DNA of 32,000 bases, from positions 30,001-62,000 of the forward strand of contig NZ_NVQC01000028.1 in the NCBI RefSeq assembly GCF_003044035.1, read 5' to 3'. The notes under the pieces are model-generated. The model saw only the letters and a list, made by a program, of their open reading frames with translations. It had not been told where the DNA came from and ran no database searches. The translations under genes were made by a program, and so were the position numbers. Source of the DNA: Candidatus Methylomirabilis limnetica. Its GTDB lineage: Bacteria > Methylomirabilota > Methylomirabilia > Methylomirabilales > Methylomirabilaceae. Numbering within the stretch: position 1 is the first letter of the stretch; each line of letters starts with the position of its first letter. Of this stretch, positions 1-5,832 are shown piece by piece.

Positions 1-395
1 GTCTTGGCCGGCCGGTGGAGCTCCTGTTTCGAGGGGACGACGGGGGCAACGAGTGGAGGGAGCCGCAGTGACTGCAGGAGGTCTGGTGGAAGGCTGAGAG
101 GAAGATATTGGGTGCGCGTGATCCACCGGGACCACTGGCGCAGAGCGGCAATCCGCCGGTTGACGGTGGTGGGTTCGAGGCGTTGATGGAGTTGAAGGTC
201 CTGGGCATGCGCTCGAAGGGCTTGGGAGGTGATCTGTGCGGGACTTCTGACGCCTTGACCGGCGAGCCAGCGAGCCAACAGGGTGAGATCGCGCCGATAG
301 GCCCGGATGGTCAGTGGCCGGCGGCCCTGGTCGCGAAGCTAGGTGGTGAAAGCCGAGAGCGTGGTGGACCAGTCTGGGTTCGGGAGTGGATCCAC
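1..395 (-). pseudogene. Tyrosine recombinase (XerC/XerD-like integrase), N-terminal core-binding domain; continues past left edge; frame interrupted by TAG at 339-341
   Basis: Own minus-strand translation from GTG 393-395: VDPLPNPDWSTTLSAFTT*LRDQGRRPLTIRAYRRDLTLLARWLAGQGVRSPAQITSQALRAHAQDLQLHQRLEPTTVNRRIAALRQWSRWI... The TIRAYRRDL and TVNRRIAALR patterns are typical of the SAM-like N-domain of phage-integrase family recombinases. It is missing from the ORF track because no start codon follows the TAG. Confidence 0.6.
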
Positions 396-629
396 TGGGG
401 GCCTCTTATTCTGTGGCCAGCGCGAAGCGGATCGCCGTTTCCACTGCCTCGATCTTCTCGGCGCTGCGCGTGGTGATATGCTCCCGGAGGCTGGTCTTGG
501 TAATGGTGAGAATCGTATCCAGGTTCATGGCACACGGCTGGGGGAGGTCATCCTCAGGGCGAGTGGGACTTCGGCGGGGATCTGCCGGATACGGGTCGTG
601 ACGGAAGCGACCGTCATGGCGCTAGACTA

Positions 630-1049
630 TCATATTGAGTGCGCCTCCCCCCAGTTGTGCAAGCGTAGCCCTGGGATTCGGGGGAAGTCCCTGTAATCAA
701 GGGTCGCCACTTTAAAGTCGAGCTCCATAGCCGTGGCGGCGATTAAGAGGTCGTGGGCCCCGATGCGTTGGCCGCTCGCGGCAAGCTCTGCCCAGAGGCG
801 GGCGTGGATCCTGGCCGTCTCGAGACCGAACTCGAGGATGGGAAATCGAGCGAGAATCGCCTCGACGAACCGTTCGCGTTGCAACCGGCGAGCGAGATCG
901 GCGGCCCGGTAGACGCCATGGAGGAGCTCGCTGGCGGTGATGGCGCTCAGGACAACCGGTTCTTCCGCCATCGCGTCGGTGGTGGTCGTGAGCGCAAAGC
1001 GGCCTCGTTCCGCCGCGATTAAGACGCTTGAGTCGAGGACAAGGCCCAT
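630..1049 (-). CDS. vapC: PIN-domain toxin VapC (type II TA)
   Basis: 139-aa ORF starting MGLVLDSSVLIAAERG, with LHGVY and ATLDYRDF segments typical of PIN/VapC. It overlaps the preceding antitoxin ORF. Confidence 0.85.
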   Translation of the reverse strand: MGLVLDSSVLIAAERGRFALTTTTDAMAEEPVVLSAITASELLHGVYRAADLARRLQRERFVEAILARFPILEFGLETARIHARLWAELAASGQRIGAHDLLIAATAMELDFKVATLDYRDFPRIPGLRLHNWGEAHSI

Positions 1050-1315
1050 GGATCGGTCGGTAGAGTGAGGGTAAGGCGTGCCGCTTTCAGATCGTCGGCG
1101 AAATGCGCGGCGTCTTCAGGATCCAGGTGGGGGAGCTCAGCCAGGATGCCGGGCAGCTCGGCCAGGCGCACGCGGCCGGAGAGGGGCGTGGGGCCCAGCT
1201 CAGCTACCGGCTTGCCTCCCTTTGTGAGGATGACGCGCTCGCCATAGAAGCGCACCCTGTCAATGAGGCCAGAAAAGTGGCGGGTTGCTTCTGTGATCGT
1301 GATCGATTTCGGCAT
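1019..1315 (-). CDS. Phd/YefM-type antitoxin partner of VapC
   Basis: 98-aa ORF MPKSITITEATRHFSGLIDRVRFYGERVILTKGGKPVAEL, matching the Phd/YefM N-terminal fold signature. AGGAGGA lies 6 nt upstream of the ATG. It is directly upstream of and overlaps vapC. Confidence 0.8.
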   Translation of the reverse strand: MPKSITITEATRHFSGLIDRVRFYGERVILTKGGKPVAELGPTPLSGRVRLAELPGILAELPHLDPEDAAHFADDLKAARLTLTLPTDPWALSSTQAS

Positions 1316-1349
1316 GATAATCCTCCTCTAATAATATGATTCTCTGTTT

Positions 1350-1378
1350 ATAGTAGAGCGTGTACTGTATGTTGTCAA
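1350..1378 (-). promoter_or_regulatory. Sigma70-like promoter for the 1019-1315/vapC operon
   Basis: Minus strand reads TTGACA (1378-1373), 17-nt spacer, TACTAT (1355-1350), about 35 nt upstream of the antitoxin ATG. Confidence 0.5.
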
Positions 1379-1688
1379 GGGGTCCAAGAACAGGGGGTTG
1401 CGGAACCCAAAAACAGAGATCGCCATAGCTGAGATACTGCTGGGTAATCGAGGAGCAGAACTACTCCGGACCGACTATGTCGATACCATCAACAACAGAA
1501 GGCGCAACGCAGCACGCTCACAGCCGGTGGAACGTGCTGCAGTGGAAGTCCGCACAGAGCATGGCTTCCTGCCGCAGTGTGGAAAAGCCGCTGGCTTTCC
1601 CACACCTCCCACAGGCCCAACTACCACCGAACAAGGGTGGGTCCTTTTTGCTTTATCACGGTGGGTCCCTTTTGCGTTGTCAAAACGA

Positions 1689-1762
1689 GGGGGCGACCAA
1701 CGTAGCCACTTATCCGGCCGAACATACCAAGTTTCAATCCACGCCCCCGCGCGGGGGGCGAC
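1689..1762 (-). CRISPR. Relic CRISPR array: one full type I-C-like repeat, one 33-nt spacer, first 9 nt of a second repeat
   Basis: Reverse complement of 1731-1762 is GTCGCCCCCCGCGCGGGGGCGTGGATTGAAAC (32 nt, internal palindrome, GTCGC...GCGTGGATTGAAAC architecture of I-C repeats). Spacer is 1698-1730. Reverse complement of 1689-1697 is GTCGCCCCC, after which similarity is lost. It lies downstream of a cas2 fragment on the same strand. Confidence 0.6.
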
Positions 1763-1940
1763 TGACCTTCTTTAAGTCCGCGCAGCGCCTGCGAAATCCA
1801 GGACGTTTACGCGAACTCCCACGCTGCGGCCTGTCATGTCCGCACGCGGGACAGCGGTTTCCCAAAATCCGTAGAATTCATAAGGAGATACGCCCCCGCG
1901 AACCACCCAGGGTTTTCCTGTCAGCTTTGGGTTCGCGCTA

Positions 1941-2114
1941 CTAGAAAACAAGAGGGCCCTCCTGATCGAGAGTTGGCTTGGCGCCCACGTGCTCCACACG
2001 GTGTTTCCAGTTTGCGCCGAGGAAATAGAACCGCAGACTGTCCTTCTCCTGGTCCATCATCCCGATAAGCTTGCCCCGCAAGCTCGCCCATTGGGCTGGA
2101 TCTACGATAAATCG
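1941..2114 (-). pseudogene. cas2: cas2 3' fragment (C-terminal ~57 codons)
   Basis: Own translation: RFIVDPAQWASLRGKLIGMMDQEKDSLRFYFLGANWKHRVEHVGAKPTLDQEGPLVF*. The DSLRFY..LG...VEH.GAK tail is characteristic of Cas2. An in-frame TAG at 2124-2126 lies just upstream and no N-terminal half is present. Confidence 0.7.
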
Positions 2115-2398
2115 GGACAGACACTATTATCGTGACGATTCGTGGTGTTTACGATCATGATCGTGCCTGCCACGGATTAGCCGAACCGTTGCATCCGGCC
2201 ATCCGTATCATGTGAGGCAACGAGGGAATGATCGCCAGGCGATCTTTCGGAACGACAGCGATTCGAAGGCGCACGATTACAGAGCGACCGCTGCGCAGAC
2301 GCGGGTTCATCTGGGAAGTGCGCAGGAAACTGGACGAGTAATACACGTGTTGCGGAGAGGAAGGCCAAGAAAGGATTTCAATAAATAGTGTCTGTCCC
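2114..2398. repeat. 15-bp perfect inverted repeat pair enclosing 255 bp of non-coding, hairpin-rich DNA (MITE-like element or structured RNA candidate)
   Basis: GGGACAGACACTATT at 2114-2128 and its exact complement AATAGTGTCTGTCCC at 2384-2398. The interior contains the 14-bp palindrome ACGATCATGATCGT (2151-2164), GATCGCC-A-GGCGATC (2230-2244) and CTGCGCA/TGCGCAG (2291-2297/2319-2325). No convincing ORF. Confidence 0.55.
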
Positions 2399-2554
2399 TA
2401 TTATCACTATTATCAGACGCATGGATAATCGCTCAGTAGCCATTTGCCACTCCTTCCTGGAGCGGAAATGGCGCGCTGGACCATCCAACGTCGCTGCTGC
2501 TCTCGGCACCCGCTCATGGGAGTAAGGGTCGCCGATTTCCCGGGGGTTGTCTAC

Positions 2555-2631
2555 GTGTTCACGATGACCGATCCTGGCGTTCACGATACCGATCCTGGCG
2601 TTCACGATCGAGTGATCTTTGCGTTCACGAT
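2555..2631 (+). promoter_or_regulatory. Four phased direct repeats G[T/C]GTTCACGAT upstream of mntA (operator or iteron-like)
   Basis: Copies at 2555-2565, 2577-2587, 2598-2608 and 2621-2631, spaced 22/21/23 bp (about two helical turns). The last copy supplies a -35-like TTCACG ahead of AATAAA (2646-2651). Confidence 0.5.
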
Positions 2632-2681
2632 GGACCGAAATTCGCAATAAACCAAACGGATCTCGTTTTGAGGGATGCGCA

Positions 2682-2969
2682 ATGGCCCCCATTGACCTGA
2701 TGCGACAAGGTACGGAGATCCGGCGTCTTGCGGCCACACATGGGGTCGTCCGCGTACGGGTGTTCGGATCGCGCGCGCGGGGTGAAGCCTGCGCTGCTAG
2801 TGACCTCGACCTCCTCGTGGACCTGGCCCCCGACCGTGACCTTCTGGATCTTATCGCCTTCAAGCTGGACGTAGAAGACCTCCTAGGGCGCCGCGTGGAC
2901 GTTCTCACTGAGGCGGCCCTGAGCCCGTACCTCCGGGAGGGGGTCCTGGCAGAGGCGAGGCCCCTGTGA
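2682..2969 (+). CDS. mntA: Minimal nucleotidyltransferase, MntA-type antitoxin
   Basis: MAPIDLMRQGTEIRRLAATHGVVRVRVFGSRARGEACAASDLDLLVDL... carries the GS-x-ARG...DLDLLV NTase motif. GAGGGA lies 7 nt upstream of ATG 2682. The stop overlaps a GTG start (GTGA) of a DUF86-like ORF. Confidence 0.8.
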   Translation: MAPIDLMRQGTEIRRLAATHGVVRVRVFGSRARGEACAASDLDLLVDLAPDRDLLDLIAFKLDVEDLLGRRVDVLTEAALSPYLREGVLAEARPL

Positions 2970-3097
2970 AGGACCCAGCCGTCTACCTGCGTCACATCCG
3001 AGATGCCATCGCCCGGATCGGGAAGTACAAGATAAAATCATCCGGAAACCTGGCCCGGTTCCGCTTCACTACGCGGTCAGCCGGCGGGTGATCTCAT
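2966..3097 (+). pseudogene. hepT: Truncated HepT (DUF86/HEPN toxin) remnant, only about 21 N-terminal codons conserved
   Basis: VKDPAVYLRHIRDAIARIGKY matches the HepT/DUF86 N-terminus. It then diverges (KIKSSGNLARFRFTTRSAGG*) and lacks the RX4-6H catalytic region. GTGA-coupled to mntA. Confidence 0.6.
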
Positions 3098-3365
3098 CGA
3101 GGAACTCGCGCGCGGCTGCGATCCCGCTGCGGGCCTGCTCCTCAGAAATCACCATCAGGGTATAGTCGCCTTCTGCCCGATCCTCAAATGCATCTCGCAG
3201 CCTAAGAAAATGATGAGGCGAGATCTCGCCGCTATGGATGAACTGCTGATTGAATGCCGCAATCACACCGGAGTGCTTGGATCGCCGAATATCCCTGGTC
3301 AGGAGAAGCGCCTGGGCTCCGTAGAACATGGCGTAATAGGCTCGGTCAGGATTCCAAAACCTCAT
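3069..3365 (-). CDS. HEPN-domain protein, N-terminally truncated (98 aa)
   Basis: RAYYAMFYGAQALLLTRDIRRSKHSGVIAAFNQQFIHSGEI...RAEGDY is the classic HEPN core. An in-frame TGA lies just upstream of the ATG, so the first helix is missing. No cognate NTase is directly upstream. Confidence 0.6.
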   Translation of the reverse strand: MRFWNPDRAYYAMFYGAQALLLTRDIRRSKHSGVIAAFNQQFIHSGEISPHHFLRLRDAFEDRAEGDYTLMVISEEQARSGIAAAREFLDEITRRLTA

Positions 3366-3672
3366 CGGGAAAAAGCAATCCGATCAACTCGCGGACTACC
3401 GGCAATGCCTGTTTCACATCTTCCGTCAGCACTCCCTCTCCACCCACACTGGGATACCGCTCGGCGAAGTAGAAGCCGGAGATTCTTTCGCACGCCGGAC
3501 GGAACGGCGCGAGTCTTGACTCAAAGGCTGCGGCGTCATCGAGGAGGCTATGCAGGGTGTGAATTTTCTTTAGCCTCCAGCCGTGGCCCAGCAAGTACGC
3601 TTTGAGATATTTCTCCAGCGCCTGCTGAAGGAAGAATCCGGCTCCATCGCCATCACCATCGGCCAGCATCAC
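3346..3672 (-). CDS. HEPN-domain protein; homology continues upstream to ATG 3747 but is interrupted by TAG 3709-3711
   Basis: 108-aa ORF from GTG containing FFLQQALEKYLKAYLLGHGWRLKKIHTLHSLL (HEPN QA.EK.LKA...H.L). The upstream frame reads MSPHEESLYIEG*RKVARQDWHRIRV, and ATG 3745-3747 overlaps the NTase stop (ATGA). Confidence 0.7.
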   Translation of the reverse strand: MMLADGDGDGAGFFLQQALEKYLKAYLLGHGWRLKKIHTLHSLLDDAAAFESRLAPFRPACERISGFYFAERYPSVGGEGVLTEDVKQALPVVRELIGLLFPDEVLES

Positions 3673-3743
3673 ACGGATACGATGCCAATCCTGCCGCGCG
3701 ACCTTTCGCTAGCCCTCAATGTAGAGCGATTCTTCGTGTGGGC

Positions 3744-4073
3744 TCATAGCGCGACTCCGGAATGAACAATCTCCCGGACGAATTGATCCCCTCGGCCCAG
3801 GCGATCAGCCAGTTCTTCCGGCGTCAGGACCAGCGGCGACAGGGGCATGCCACGACTCAGGTCCCTGACCACAGCAAGCACCGAAGCCATCCGTTCATAA
3901 AATCGCTCTTTCGTAACTGCGATCACCAACAGATCAATGTCGCTGTGCTCTGTCACCTCGTTCCGCGCAGCCGATCCGTACAGGATAACCTGTTGGGCGT
4001 CATACTGCTCCCGAAGGCGATTTGCGATGGCCTTGAGGCGAACGCTGTCAATGAGTTGCGACACATCTGCCAT
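3744..4073 (-). CDS. Minimal nucleotidyltransferase (MNT), partner of the downstream HEPN gene
   Basis: 109 aa; ILYGSAARNEVTEHSDIDLLVI carries the GS...D.D NTase motif. GAGGAGA precedes the ATG. Confidence 0.8.
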   Translation of the reverse strand: MADVSQLIDSVRLKAIANRLREQYDAQQVILYGSAARNEVTEHSDIDLLVIAVTKERFYERMASVLAVVRDLSRGMPLSPLVLTPEELADRLGRGDQFVREIVHSGVAL

Positions 4074-4105
4074 AGCGTCTCCTCACATTTGGTCTTTCAC
4101 GTTCA

Positions 4106-4203
4106 GGCTGAACTGCTGATTGAACGCCGCAATCACTCCGGAGTGTGTGGATCGCCGGATATCCCTGGTTAGGGGAGGCGCCCAGGCTCCGTAGAACATA
4201 TTC
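4106..4203 (-). pseudogene. Internal HEPN fragment, duplicate of part of the 3069-3365 gene
   Basis: 4110-4199 aligns without gaps to 3240-3329 with 10 mismatches in 90 nt (hand alignment). It encodes MFYGAWAPPLTRDIRRSTHSGVIAAFNQQF and is truncated at both ends. Confidence 0.7.
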
Positions 4204-4212
4204 CGACAGCAC

Positions 4213-4624
4213 CAAGAGTTGCCGGATGGTGTCGAAGACGGTCTTGAATTGGACGTCATATTTCTTCTCGAGTTCATGCAGACGCCGAGCCAGTGCTGTG
4301 TTGGAGGCAACCATCCGACGCAGCCGCACGAATGTCCGCATGATCTCGATGTTCACCTGCACGGCGTGAGCGCTTCGTAGTACGCTCGATCGCACCGCCA
4401 CGCCTTCCTTAGAAATCCCCCCCACCCGTTCCCTCCCCCTCCGAGGGGGGAGGGGGTGAAGATGCCTTTTCGTGCGCCGTGGTGCGGCCCGTGCCGCATG
4501 GGGTGTGCTAGGTGAAGGTGTAGGGCAGGTACCGGCGACCGCCCCAGGAACTTGAGGCGCCAGAATGGAACCTCAAACTCTCGAACTCGTCGGGCGATAG
4601 CTGGAGCATAAAGTCGGGCGGAAA
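4213..4624 (-). pseudogene. ORF6N-domain gene remnant, N-terminally truncated and split by a ~100-bp insertion (4411-4510)
   Basis: Frame A (4624-4511): [38 protein letters not shown] then TAG. Frame B (4410-4213): KEGVAVRSSVLRSAHAVQVNIEIMRTFVRLRRMVASNTALARRLHELEKKYDVQFKTVFDTIRQLL. Together these are the contiguous ORF6N/C-terminal helix region seen in intact family members. Confidence 0.6.
4431..4456. repeat. G/C-rich hairpin (REP-like) inside the insertion that splits the ORF6N gene
   Basis: CCCTCCCCCTCCGAGGGGGGAGGGGG forms a 9-10 bp stem with a CCGA loop. A similar poly-C/poly-G hairpin is at 7126-7146. Confidence 0.5.
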
Positions 4625-4748
4625 TATGAAACCCTGCTTCACCAGCCACCGGATGCCCAAGGCCTTGCCTTGCCATGAGATAAGCTATCAGCGGCTCGGG
4701 AGTGCGGCCGGACAAAGCGACGTCGTAACGGACATCCTTTTCGGCGCA

Positions 4749-4973
4749 TTATGCCGCATGCGACTCGGACACGCGGTCGCCGTGTGCGCCGGCCGCCATT
4801 GGCTCGGTGCCCTTCGATCCCGCCAACTCCCGCGCAAGTTCGGCCATCTCCTCCTGGGCGTTGAGGATCTCGTTAAAGGTGAGCTTGGACCAGCGCTCGA
4901 TCTGCTCGCGTCGACTTCCCTCCCAGGTCGTGAGGCTCCAGTCGGTCCGATCTCGATCTGTCTCCTCAACCAT
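4749..4973 (-). CDS. Hypothetical 74-aa protein, translationally coupled to the upstream NTase-like fragment
   Basis: ORF MVEETDRDRTDWSLTTWEGSRREQIERWSKLTFNEILNAQEEMAELARELAG... Its ATG (4971-4973) overlaps the stop (4965-4967) of the upstream frame. No recognisable domain. Confidence 0.45.
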   Translation of the reverse strand: MVEETDRDRTDWSLTTWEGSRREQIERWSKLTFNEILNAQEEMAELARELAGSKGTEPMAAGAHGDRVSESHAA

Positions 4974-5153
4974 TTTCCTCCTCCTTTCGGAATCTGAGAT
5001 TGTCGACGTCCGCGAGATCCTGGGGCCGTCCCGCTTCCTGCTTCATGCGCTTTAACGTCTCCAGCGCCACCACCCGAATGCCTCCCACGTCCGATAGGTC
5101 GCGAACCGTAGCGTCCCTGTAGGCCTCCTCGAACGGACTCGGGTATGGTATAG
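4965..5153 (-). pseudogene. C-terminal fragment of a nucleotidyltransferase-like protein (GRPQDLADV tail)
   Basis: Own translation: TIPYPSPFEEAYRDATVRDLSDVGGIRVVALETLKRMKQEAGRPQDLADVDNLRFRKEEENG*. The L..K..AGRP.DL.D motif is a common C-terminus of small NTase-fold proteins. There is no start codon, and its upstream end runs into vapC 5159-5581. Confidence 0.45.
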
Positions 5154-5158
5154 TATCG

Positions 5159-5581
5159 TCAACTACGCTGACCTCGTCTTGAGGGGCACTCCAGCAATTC
5201 GACGGGCAGGGCCCGCTGGATGAGCCGAAAATCGCTATCTTTGGTAAAGATTACCTTGTCGTTGGCCCTGGCGACAACGGCAATCATGAGGTCCGGGATG
5301 CTGATCCCGTTAACCCCTGCCCGCTTCAGCCTAAACTGGACCTCCATGATCTCCTCCCAGAGCGACGCGGGCTCGGTTGCGAGCGGAAGGGCATCAAAAT
5401 ACTCCTTGAGCTCACGGAACTGCTTTGGCGTCCGGGCTCCGGGGATGATTTCGGCTTTGATCAGGTCGCTGGTGCAAACGCGTTCTTCCTCTAACAACTG
5501 GTCGAGCGCCTTCGCATAGGGGGAGTCCTTCGCTCTGAAAAATTCCAGCCAGACTGAGGTGTCTACCAGGACATCGCTCAC
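5159..5581 (-). CDS. vapC: PIN-domain toxin VapC
   Basis: 140 aa from a GTG start: SDVLVDTSVWLEFFR..., later IPDLMIAVVA and FTKDSDF (PIN acidic residues). GTGA overlap with the antitoxin stop. Confidence 0.85.
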   Translation of the reverse strand: MSDVLVDTSVWLEFFRAKDSPYAKALDQLLEEERVCTSDLIKAEIIPGARTPKQFRELKEYFDALPLATEPASLWEEIMEVQFRLKRAGVNGISIPDLMIAVVARANDKVIFTKDSDFRLIQRALPVELLECPSRRGQRS

Positions 5582-5817
5582 AAGGGCCCAACCTTTGACT
5601 TTCGGCTAACGTCAGTGGTGACGGTTCGGTCTTTCCTCAATCGTTTCAAGTCAACGTCGAGGTCCAGCTTCCCTCGCAGGGATCGAAGCCGCTCAATCTT
5701 CTTGGACTGAATCAACTTCTGGAGCGAGAGAATCACGGTACCGGTCATCGTCTTGGTACCGCACATCTTTTTGGCTTCCTCTAGCAAATCCTTGGGCAGG
5801 TCCATCGTGGTTCTCAT
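5578..5817 (-). CDS. vapB: VapB-family antitoxin (DUF2191-like)
   Basis: MRTTMDLPKDLLEEAKKMCGTKTMTGTVILSLQKLI is typical of the MRTT.DL..DLL..A VapB antitoxins. The ORF track start at 5838 is probably too far upstream. Confidence 0.8.
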   Translation of the reverse strand: MRTTMDLPKDLLEEAKKMCGTKTMTGTVILSLQKLIQSKKIERLRSLRGKLDLDVDLKRLRKDRTVTTDVSRKSKVGPL

Positions 5818-5832
5818 CGCATTGCCTCCTGT

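Noticed and set aside
406-618. Two tiny minus-strand ORFs with ATGA overlap (MTVASVTTRIRQIPAEVPLALRMTSPSRVP and MNLDTILTITKTSLREHITTRSAEKIEAVETAIRFALATE) between vapC and the recombinase
   Set aside because: At 30 and 40 aa they have no clear Shine-Dalgarno sequence and no recognisable fold signature. They could be an excisionase or RHH remnant, but that is not supportable from sequence alone.
1805-1901. Additional degenerate CRISPR repeats in the leader region (GTTTACGCGAACTCCCACGC at 1805; GTTTCCCAAAATCC at 1857 plus ACGCCCCCGCG at 1890)
   Set aside because: Only 14 of 32 positions match at 1805. The 1857/1890 pieces are separated by 19 unrelated nt, and the spacing does not fit a 65-nt unit. 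I treat them as leader sequence or chance similarity.
1398-1944. Plus-strand ORFs 1398-1775 and 1477-1944 covering the CRISPR relic
   Set aside because: They read through the repeat, spacer and leader. They are alternative-start ORFs with no Shine-Dalgarno sequence, low-complexity products and no homology signal.
2114-2398. Retron msr/msd ncRNA (terminal inverted repeats, many stem-loops)
   Set aside because: No reverse transcriptase gene lies on either side; the neighbours are a cas2 fragment and mntA.
2378-2995. 205-aa minus-strand ORF spanning the repeat region and mntA
   Set aside because: It runs antisense to a well-supported NTase gene and through the direct-repeat array. The product is arginine/serine-rich and has no domain signature.
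339-3711. Amber (TAG) recoding or pyrrolysine as an explanation for in-frame TAGs at 339-341, 3709-3711 and 4508-4510
   Set aside because: rpoD and dnaG, both full length, terminate at TAG, so TAG functions as a stop here. The affected genes all lie in a decaying accessory patch. The 4508 TAG coincides with an insertion boundary. Nonsense mutation is the simpler explanation.
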